Origin: a virus
Taxonomy: Duplodnaviria > Caudoviricetes
DNA length: 63,911 nucleotides
IMG/VR virus record: IMGVR_UViG_3300021437_000017
Coordinates: 1-63,911 of that record
Strand: one strand, 5' to 3'
Positions 18,752 through 27,000 of this stretch are shown here, piece after piece; within the stretch, counting starts at the first letter, position 1; each line of letters starts with the position of its first letter. A program made the translations under genes and the position numbers. The notes beneath the pieces are model-generated. The model worked only from the letters and a program-made list of their open reading frames with translations. It was not told the origin of the DNA and ran no database searches.

Positions 18752-21187
18752 ATGGCTATCCCCAATCAGACAGACCAATTCGGCAATCCGGTAGACCAGT
18801 ATGGAAATCCAATCGGGGACACATATGATGAATTCGGTCAAGCATTAGACAAAAATGGTAATCCTATTGGCACTATTGCATCGCAAAGCGCCCTTGCTGG
18901 GGATACGTGGTTTACCGATCCCTCTTTGTGGGGAAACTACGGAAAGAATTGGAGAGCACTTTCTCCTGACGTGCAGCAGATGATTCTCGGATCAGGCACG
19001 GCCTCGACCGGCAACGGGCCGATCACGGTAGGCGAGTTCGCGCCGGGTGGGTGGGGCGACAAATACCTTCAGGAAGGCATTCAGCAAGGGCTACAAGGGG
19101 CGCAACTCGCGCAATATATCCAAGGCAAGCTCGGCGGCGTGCAGGGGCTTATAGCGGCTTCCAACGCGGCCAATGACAACGTAAATATGCTCAATGGCGC
19201 TCCCGCCGCCTGGCTCGCTACGGCTGGGCTTATGGGCGGCTTGGCGAGCGGCCTAATTCCTACGCCCGGAGTGACTGGTGGTGCAACGACCGGAGGACTT
19301 GGTAGCACTGTTGATTTTACGGAGGGGCAATTGGCGCAACAAGCGCTTTATAACTCTCCTGTAACGGTAGGCACCACAACCTACGCAAATACCATAGAAG
19401 CGCTAAAAGCTGGCGTTGATCCAACTGCTCTTGGGCTTTCAACGAATGCGAGCGGAGCCGGTGCGATGGTCGGCGGAACCCCGGTATCAAACTTGGCCAC
19501 GACCGCTGGAACGAACGCAGTTGGAACTGCGGCAGGTAATGCTGCTACTGGCGCGAGTGGGGCAACCGGCGCAACGGGGGGCGCTAGTGGGGCGCTCGGG
19601 ACTGGTGCCGCCGCAGCAGGAACAGCAGCGGCAGGCGGCGCTGCGGCCGGTATCGGAGGAACAGGGCTTACAGCGGGAGACATAATCAAGGCAGGAACTG
19701 GGCTGGCGGGTATCGCGCTCGCGGCTGGCGGGGGTGGCACGACGAGCGGAGCAAATACAGCGGCAGACAACGCGGCTAATGCCGCCGCCGCCGCGCAGAC
19801 CACGCTTGCGAACATCTCGCAGGACCAGTGGAACTACTACAAGCAGAATTACCAGCCTCTTGAGTCGAATCTCATCAATCAGGCGATGACTGCCGGCAGT
19901 CCTGACGAGTTCGCCAGAGCGCGAGGCGCGGCGAGTGCCGACGTGACAGGCGCATTTGATACGGCGCGGAAGAGCACGTTGAACCGGATGCAGAGTTACG
20001 GCATCAATCCGGGTTCTCCTGCCTATCAGTCTATGGGCGCAAGCACGGACCTCGCCGAAGGTGCAACCAGGGCCGGAGCGCTGACCGCCGCCGACAATGC
20101 GACGCGCAATCTGGCCTACTCTAAGGCGCTGGATGTGGCGGGGATTGGTCGCAACATTCCAGCTCAGTCAGCAGCGAGTTCGGCCAATGCCGCCAATGCC
20201 GCCACGAACGCCGCGCAGGTGGCGAATACCCGTGGCCAGACAGCGTTTCTACAGAATCAGACGAACAACGCGAACATCGGGTATGGCTTAAACAGCATTG
20301 GGAACGCCGCTGCCAAGTGGTTCGGCACACCAACACCCGTTTACAATTCTTCCTCGTCGCTGACGCCCGGTTCTGTCAATACCGCAGGTGGCAACACTGA
20401 CTGGTTCGCTGGCGCCGAGGGTGGAAAGGTAACTCCGCGCGGTTTCCAACGAGCGGGGCTCGAAGTTGCGCCGTGGGGCATTGATCTACGCACCGGTAGG
20501 CCAGCAACAACCGCGCCGGAAGGATCGAATGTCGTCGAGACGCGGCCAGCAGTCGGGCCGTCACATCCTACGCACGGCAATGGCGGCAGTATTGGAACAC
20601 GCAACGAGGGCGTCTATCCCGAGAAGCGGTTTGCGGATGGTGGAACGGTCATCGACGCGCAGCAAACTGCGCCGGGGGAATACGACGCGACGGCACTTCA
20701 TTCTGTTCTGATGAAACGTGGGCTTAATCCTCGCATGGCGCACGCGGCAACTCGACATATAACGCCTCACATGCGCCACTTCGCTGGTGGTGGTGGCGTA
20801 GGCCGGCAAGGGATTGGGCTGGACGAAAGCGACATGGGAATGCCGAACTCGGTATCGACGACAGCGCAACCTGTGAATGGGGTTGGAACGGAAGAGCCGC
20901 AAGCGTCTAATGGTCGCGTTGAAGGACCGGGAAGCGGAACGTCAGACAGTGTGCCGGCCGTTATTGATGGACAGCAAGCTGCCAGATTGAGTGATGGCGA
21001 GTTCATTATGTCAGAGCCGGTTTCTCGGATGACTGGTGAGGAAATTTTGATGGCACTGAATGAGGCTGGATTAAAAAAGCGCGGGATCGAGCCCAAAACG
21101 TCAAATGAAGTTCCGGTTGATGCCGGAATGAGAGCCTATCGCAATGGCGGCAGAATTAGCCGTTTCGCTTGCGGGGGGTTATTCTGA
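18752..21187 (+). CDS. Internal virion/ejection protein 1
   Basis: Gly/Ala-rich; MQSYGINPGS; GPGSGTSDSVPA...LSDGEFI; repeated [FY]xxGG motifs. Confidence 0.7.
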   Translation: MAIPNQTDQFGNPVDQYGNPIGDTYDEFGQALDKNGNPIGTIASQSALAGDTWFTDPSLWGNYGKNWRALSPDVQQMILGSGTASTGNGPITVGEFAPGGWGDKYLQEGIQQGLQGAQLAQYIQGKLGGVQGLIAASNAANDNVNMLNGAPAAWLATAGLMGGLASGLIPTPGVTGGATTGGLGSTVDFTEGQLAQQALYNSPVTVGTTTYANTIEALKAGVDPTALGLSTNASGAGAMVGGTPVSNLATTAGTNAVGTAAGNAATGASGATGATGGASGALGTGAAAAGTAAAGGAAAGIGGTGLTAGDIIKAGTGLAGIALAAGGGGTTSGANTAADNAANAAAAAQTTLANISQDQWNYYKQNYQPLESNLINQAMTAGSPDEFARARGAASADVTGAFDTARKSTLNRMQSYGINPGSPAYQSMGASTDLAEGATRAGALTAADNATRNLAYSKALDVAGIGRNIPAQSAASSANAANAATNAAQVANTRGQTAFLQNQTNNANIGYGLNSIGNAAAKWFGTPTPVYNSSSSLTPGSVNTAGGNTDWFAGAEGGKVTPRGFQRAGLEVAPWGIDLRTGRPATTAPEGSNVVETRPAVGPSHPTHGNGGSIGTRNEGVYPEKRFADGGTVIDAQQTAPGEYDATALHSVLMKRGLNPRMAHAATRHITPHMRHFAGGGGVGRQGIGLDESDMGMPNSVSTTAQPVNGVGTEEPQASNGRVEGPGSGTSDSVPAVIDGQQAARLSDGEFIMSEPVSRMTGEEILMALNEAGLKKRGIEPKTSNEVPVDAGMRAYRNGGRISRFACGGLF

Positions 21188-21352
21188 AATGCGGTTCAAT
21201 ATCTTGAACAACTTAACCGAACCCTCCGGGATTTTTTGCACACCGGACTCCCATCGAGCGAACGTACGGGATGACACCTCGACCTGTCGTGCCGCTTGCG
21301 ACAACGATAGGCCGAGGGACTTACGGAGTTTTTTTAATTCAAAACCGACCAT
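21179..21352 (-). CDS. XRE/HTH_3 transcriptional regulator, 57 aa (not in ORF track)
   Basis: Manual translation MVGFELKKLRKSLGLSLSQAARQVEVSSRTFARWESGVQKIPEGSVKLFKILNRISE*. Confidence 0.85.
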   Translation of the reverse strand: MVGFELKKLRKSLGLSLSQAARQVEVSSRTFARWESGVQKIPEGSVKLFKILNRISE

Positions 21353-21505
21353 GCCTTACCTTTGCACGCCACGGCAAGCCTCTGCCCACACTATCCTGCC
21401 AGACCGCGCCGCTGCGGACCTGATCTGGCCCCACCTCGCCATACATTACCCCGCCGAATCTTGCCACGCCCCTGCGCGCCCAACCCAGCCGTTCCGAGCC
21501 TTGCC
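21346..21505 (-). ncRNA. GGY-NN pentamer tract B (32 units), putative guide RNA
   Basis: 32 consecutive in-register 5-mers, 21 with exact GGY; variable NN. Confidence 0.8.
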
Positions 21506-21526
21506 GAAATTGGCTTTCCCCATCAC

Positions 21527-21548
21527 AACGCCCTCCTGCGAGGGCGCT
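21527..21548 (-). other. Hairpin separating the two pentamer tracts
   Basis: AGCGCCCTC-GCAG-GAGGGCGTT on - strand. Confidence 0.75.
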
Positions 21549-21558
21549 GGAATTGCGA

Positions 21559-21690
21559 TTGCCTTGCCAAACAACTCCATTCCTCACCGAACCTCACCAT
21601 TGCCAGCCCCACAACACCGCTCCATACCCGGCCGCTGCAAACCTATGCCTTGGCAAACCGCGCCGAACCAACGCCCATTCAAACCACTCC
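21559..21690 (-). ncRNA. GGY-NN pentamer tract A (26 units), putative guide RNA
   Basis: Begins 5 nt after the stop of the Cas7-like gene; 16 of 26 units exact GGY; two 6-nt units. Confidence 0.78.
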
Positions 21691-21695
21691 ACATT

Positions 21696-22319
21696 TTATT
21701 GCGGAATAATCTCAAATTTAGTGATATTGAATCTGCCGTAAGTTGGTCTGAAATCACCGATACCAACCAAGCGTCCGGCCATGCTGATAACCTCGTTAAG
21801 AAACGAGGCGTCGATGTATTCCGGCGTCAAAACTTGCAACACGAATTCTGCGTTCCAGCCTGCCTTCATAGCGGGCCGAGTGCGGTTGATTCCATTGCGC
21901 TGGATCATGACGCGGCGGGTGTCGAGAAAATCCCACGTCGGTTTTCCGAGCGATCCGAGTTGCGTAATCGACACGACGCCGGCTTTGAACAGATCCATCG
22001 CGCTCTTGCGTGGGCTGCGCGGGTCTTGGCGAAATTTTGCCGCATGGATTATCGACTGCCGCAAATACTCTCCGGGGACGCAAAGCTCGCCGACATCATT
22101 GCGCCATACATAACTTTCGATGTCGTCGATTTTCTTCGCCTTGGAGTTCTTCGCAGCGGCGGATTTTGTCGCAACGCTTTCGCAGTTCCATCGGTGGAAA
22201 AGCATGTCGGAGGAACCTTCGAGGCATACTTCTACAGCATATGGAATGGACGCATCAATCGCGTTCTTACCCCCATTAGTTTTGTTGTCGTCAACAACCT
22301 TGAGTGCAGCTTTAGTCAT
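21696..22319 (-). CDS. Stand-alone Cas7/RAMP-like protein, 207 aa (VIPR-like effector)
   Basis: AAGGAG RBS and ATG at 22319; RAMP-like segments VEVCLEGSSDMLFH, LCVPGEYLRQSIIHAAK and C-terminal Gly loop AGRLVGIGDFRPTYGRF. Confidence 0.75.
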   Translation of the reverse strand: MTKAALKVVDDNKTNGGKNAIDASIPYAVEVCLEGSSDMLFHRWNCESVATKSAAAKNSKAKKIDDIESYVWRNDVGELCVPGEYLRQSIIHAAKFRQDPRSPRKSAMDLFKAGVVSITQLGSLGKPTWDFLDTRRVMIQRNGINRTRPAMKAGWNAEFVLQVLTPEYIDASFLNEVISMAGRLVGIGDFRPTYGRFNITKFEIIPQ

Positions 22320-22368
22320 TTGAAGCTCCTTGCCAAAATGCCACGGCGAATGCCACGGCTCATTACTA

Positions 22369-22397
22369 AGGCTATGCCAATTTGGCATACCTGTCAA
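22369..22397 (-). promoter_or_regulatory. Sigma70-type promoter with embedded palindromic operator for the Cas7-like cassette
   Basis: TTGACA-17 nt-TAGCCT; palindrome TATGCCAA-N-TTGGCATA at 22373-22389. Confidence 0.75.
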
Positions 22398-22410
22398 TAG
22401 GGAAATAATC

Positions 22411-24039
22411 ATGGCCGGAAGCATATTCAGCAATTTCGGATTGATCTCACAGGGCTCTGACGCTGCCGACATGGAACGCGAACGTATCCGCAATGCCAAG
22501 CAATATAACGATCTCGATCCGCAACGCCGCGCGATTGTTGACCAGCAAATACAGTCTGGCGAGATGACGCTCGGTGAGGCGCGCAGGCAAAGAGACACAG
22601 CGGCAGCCGAACGCGCAGCGGTCTCGAAAGCTGGCAATCTTTCGGGGGCTTATGACGCGGCAATCAAAGCGAGACTTGCAGCAGGTAACTTGGAAGCGGC
22701 GACAAGCTCCTATGCCGCTGCTGACGAACTGAAGAGACGCACGGCATTACAGTTTGCCGCCGATGTTCATAACGGCATTGATCCAAACAAAGCGGCTGAA
22801 CGCCTACAAGGCGTAGGATTAGGAGCCGATCTGCCAGTAGGACAGTTGCAAGTCATCGCCGCCCCTGCCGAAGCTGATCCAAAATTCGCGGTGTTTAAGA
22901 GCAATCATCCGGAAGCAATGCCTGGGGATCGCTATGTTTCTTCCCCGGTGCCAGGGGGTAGGCAGTTATGGAATGTCTCGCGCGCAGTTAGAATGGCTGC
23001 TCCTAAAGCGGAAATTCATCCGGCCGGTGAATGGGGGACCTTTATTGATAAGGGTGGAGAAACCAAATTTGTCCCACCTCAGGCCCAGAAGACATTCGCC
23101 CCTCACACGTTGAGCAGCAAAGTAGAGAAAGTAACAGTAAAGGATGCCGAAGGAGGAGAACGCACCTATCTATGGAATCTTGAAACCCATGACTGGGAGG
23201 GCGACAAGCCTCCTGCTGGGACAGCAATTCCAACCGACCGCAATGCCGGAAAGGTGCTGCCAGAACTAAAAGAAGTTACGAACGAGCTTATGAAAATTCC
23301 GGGGATGGCTACTCGAAGCAATCCAGCGGACCCTCTCGACACGCAGTTGGTATACACGGAGAAAGGGGCAAAGATAGCTCCTGTCGTATCCGGGCTTATC
23401 ATGGCTGACAGGAAACTCACCGCGCATGAGGCTATTCTTGTCGCGATGAATGGCGTTCGCGGCGTTGACGCCGATGGCAATCTTGCAATCAAATATGGCG
23501 ACAAGATTTACAAGATGTCTGACTCCGCCGGAAAGAAAGTTGTAACCAAGGCAAGCGTTCCAACGGCAGAAGATAAGTCGTCAATTTTGAATAAAGAGTT
23601 GAAGGAAAACCAAGATAACTTAGTAAAAGCGCAGAAAGAAGGTGACTCGAACCGTGTAGAGCGGTTGATAACAAATATCGACCAATTGAATTCTGAATTG
23701 GCGAAAATAGCCAAGCCGATTAGACCGGCGCCAACGGCCACTACCGTAAAACCGGTAGCACCACTACCAGTAATTCCACCAGTTGCCCAGTCGTCAGCTC
23801 CTGCCGCGCCCGCTCAATCCGCACCTGTTCGCAGTCAAGCCGAAATTGATGTGATGATCAAAAACGCCAAAGTTGGTTATCAACCAGCGGTCAAATATCT
23901 GAAAGAATTGCTGGCATCAGGTGAACTTCAGGTAGGGCAAAGGATGAGAGTCCAACAGGCTCTCAAGGAGTCCGGCGCGAAAGGTTATTCCAAAGGCGGC
24001 AAGGTGTCTCGTTACCAAAGGCGTGGCTTGGGGGCGTAG
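22411..24039 (+). CDS. Internal virion/ejection protein 2
   Basis: Lies between ejection genes; ATG at 22411; C-terminal YSKGGKV motif. Confidence 0.6.
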   Translation: MAGSIFSNFGLISQGSDAADMERERIRNAKQYNDLDPQRRAIVDQQIQSGEMTLGEARRQRDTAAAERAAVSKAGNLSGAYDAAIKARLAAGNLEAATSSYAAADELKRRTALQFAADVHNGIDPNKAAERLQGVGLGADLPVGQLQVIAAPAEADPKFAVFKSNHPEAMPGDRYVSSPVPGGRQLWNVSRAVRMAAPKAEIHPAGEWGTFIDKGGETKFVPPQAQKTFAPHTLSSKVEKVTVKDAEGGERTYLWNLETHDWEGDKPPAGTAIPTDRNAGKVLPELKEVTNELMKIPGMATRSNPADPLDTQLVYTEKGAKIAPVVSGLIMADRKLTAHEAILVAMNGVRGVDADGNLAIKYGDKIYKMSDSAGKKVVTKASVPTAEDKSSILNKELKENQDNLVKAQKEGDSNRVERLITNIDQLNSELAKIAKPIRPAPTATTVKPVAPLPVIPPVAQSSAPAAPAQSAPVRSQAEIDVMIKNAKVGYQPAVKYLKELLASGELQVGQRMRVQQALKESGAKGYSKGGKVSRYQRRGLGA

Positions 24040-27000
24040 ATGGCTGACTTTACTCCAGTGAACTGGGAGGACGTATCTCCCGGCATAGGAATTACTTCAG
24101 AACAAAAAGGCGCGATGGCGGATAAGATCCTTGCCGAACAAAATCGCGGGTCACAAATTGCCGGAGAATTGAAATCAGCAAGACCCGAGTTTACCCCGAT
24201 GGATTGGGGAAGCAGAATGCCTGGGCTTGGCCAGAAGATTGAACCATTGGTTGCTCCGAAGGAAAATAGAATCAAGGACACCGTTTCAGAACTCGGTCGC
24301 TCCATCTGGGAAGGATTGACCGTTCATACTCCCGCATCGGTTGCGGCAGCGTATCAGGGAATGGATGTTTCAGACGAAGGCATATCTGGGTTCCTGATCG
24401 ACCGTTCAAAGGCACTACAGCAGCAACGCGCTGCCGAGCCGGGTGGCGATCGTCCTTCGGCTATTCCAGGTATCAAAATGCAGGATGTGCGGGATCTCGG
24501 GCAAAACCTTGGGTTCTCGCTTACCGCGATGGGGGCCGGTCTTGCCGCCGGTATCCCGGCAAGCGTGGTTGGTTCTCTCGCTACGCCTGCGGCAGGAGCA
24601 GTTGCTGGCTACGGTGCTGGCATGGCAGCGGCCGGCAAGGTCGGTTACAACATGGATGTGAACCAAGTCACCCGCCAGTTGAAGGATGCCGCGGACGAGG
24701 AAAGCCAACGGGTAAACGGCAGGCCGCAGACCCCGGAAGAATGGCAGTCAAAACTCTCTGAAATGAAGGGGGAGATTCAGAAGCACGGTCTTTATGAGGC
24801 CATTCCTGAAGCTCTTGGGAGCGGCGCAGGGTTTGCAATCCTGACTACCGCGGCCAAGGTATTCGGAAAAGGCGTGGTTGCTCGGTTTGCTTCCAAACTT
24901 GGCGCTCTCTATGGCGAGGAAATGCTGACAGAGACCGTCACCCAAATGGGCCAGCAGAACGCCGAAACGCGCATGGGACTACACCGCGGCGAGAAAGAGC
25001 GATCATTTACCAGTCCAGAAGACTGGCTGAAATCAGCCAAAGAAGTGGCACCGCAGATATTTCTGCTGACGACATTGACGGCTGGCGCTGGCAAGGCTAT
25101 TCAAATGGCACACCAAGCTGGCCAGCCAAGCGCTCCAAACGCTCCAGAAACGCCACCACTGCCAACAGGACAACCTACTCCACCGGCAGCCGCTGCGCCT
25201 GCCGTAGCCCCACCTATGCAGCCTACTCCGGTCATATCACCTGATATGCCCGGACAGTTGGGTTCCGTTGGGCCGATACCAGAAGGCCAAGCCATTGCCG
25301 AAGGCTACTCAATTCCGAACCCGCCTGGCTACCAAATCCCGAGCATAGACTTCGCCCTGACTGGCATCGACTTAGCAAGATCTGACGCTCAAAAGCTGAA
25401 GGCCGGTCAAGACCTTCCTGCCGGCGATCCAATCCGTCTGCGTAACGCCACGCTGGTATCCGTCTATGGTGAAAATGCTGCGGTGCGGCACGTAATCGAG
25501 CAGCCAGATCGGTTCGCCGCGATTGGCGATGCGATGTTCATGGTTGCGCCGACCGTCGAGCGCGTACGCGGTGCCATTGGTGCCAAGGCCGAGGGCTTGG
25601 ACATCACGCCGGACATTCTCGGCGCGATCGACGAATTTGCCAAGATGAAGGAAAACGGTCATACCTTGGGTCAGGCGATGGCGCATTCAGTTGCCCATGA
25701 CATCAGCTACGAGGGTCAGCAACTGATGGCCTTCCTTGACGAGCACCAGAACGACCCGCAGAAAATAGCCCAGTTCATCGAAAATTATCTGCACGAGGTC
25801 GAGATGGCGTCAGGGGTGCCATCTCAAGTCCGTGGCCGCGCCTTCGACATCATCCAAGAGCGCAATGCCGCCAAGCAGAAAGAACTTGAGAAGCTCCGTG
25901 CCGAGGCCGAGGCGAAAGCTGCCCGCCAGAAAGAAAGCGAAGTCGGCCGCATGGGCAATCAAGCAGCGACCGAGGTCAAGGTCAAGCAATCAAACGAGCG
26001 CGAAAAGGCAACCTTGCAAGGTGCCGAAACCGCGCTCGCGGCAGCCTTCAAGAACGCGAAATCTCTAAAACGGAAAGGGAAGCCCAATGCAAAGCCGAGT
26101 CCCGAAGGTAATGGCGGATTACCGCCAGCAACGCCAAGCAATCCTCAAGGAGGGGCTGGACAAGGTGAACCAGTTGCGGGGCGACGCTCGGGGCCAGTAC
26201 CCCAGCCTAATCAGGCTGCTGCTCAAGTCAACGCACAACCAGTTCGTGAGACACGCAATCGGCAAGGCGCTGGCGAAAAGCCGGTAAATCGCGCAGCGGC
26301 AATTCTTGCGGAACTCAAACCATTAGACCAAGCAGCCCACGAGGCCGCGACGAGTCCTCTCAACAATGTTGCGGCTCCTACGCCAAGTCAGATTGAGGCT
26401 GGCAACTATAAGAAAGGTGCGGTTCGCGTCGGCGGTCTCGAAATCTCGATCGAGAATCCTGCCGGCTCGAAAAGACGCCCAGAGTGGCCGGCACTCAAAT
26501 CGCATTATGGTTACGTCAAAGGAGTCTTGGCCCGATCCCCAGACAAGGAACATACCGACGTTTTCGTGAAGCCCGGAACCTCGGAAGATTATAACGGTCC
26601 GGTATTCGTCGTTGATCAGAACCGCGCCAACGGGCGTTTCGACGAATCGAAGACAATGATTGGCTGGTCAACTGCCGCCGAGGCCCGCGCAGCGTATCTT
26701 GAAAACTATACCAAAGGATTCGAGTCCCGTATCCGCAGCATTACCGAATTGTCGATGGATGAATACAAAGCAAAATTGCGGGACGCGAGCGCATTTCTGA
26801 AACCACAAGCGGCCCCAAAGCGTCCCAACCGTGGTAGAGCAATGGCAGAGGAGCGCAAGAAAGCCGCGCAGGCCAAGCCAGAAAGCCACTTGTTTGCCGC
26901 CATCAAGGAGATGGGCGGAATCGCATCAAGTCTCATGCGCGATCTGACCGGAGAATCGAACGCGGTCGGCAAGAAGGGCGTTCGCAGCGATATCTTCAGG

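Noticed and set aside
19480-19800. Gly/Ala/Thr-rich repetitive DNA as a repeat element
   Set aside because: 3-nt periodic low-complexity coding sequence of an ejection protein
21346-21690. Classical CRISPR array or simple microsatellite
   Set aside because: No 25-45 nt repeats with spacers; two of five positions vary freely, unlike slippage repeats
22373-22389. Same regulator for this operator and the TGCCGATTGGCA operators near 50290 and 50490
   Set aside because: Similar half-sites but different spacing, and each locus has its own adjacent HTH gene; not supportable without binding data
21144-22400. 418-aa + strand ORF and other ORFs (21339-21587, 21362-21709, 21553-21741) across the pentamer tracts
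   Set aside because: Antisense to the Cas7-like and HTH genes; Pro/Arg-rich translation; a 5-nt period is inconsistent with codon structure
22320-22637. N-terminal extension of the Cas7-like ORF in the ORF track (313 aa)
   Set aside because: Overlaps the + strand gene at 22411; RBS and promoter support the ATG at 22319
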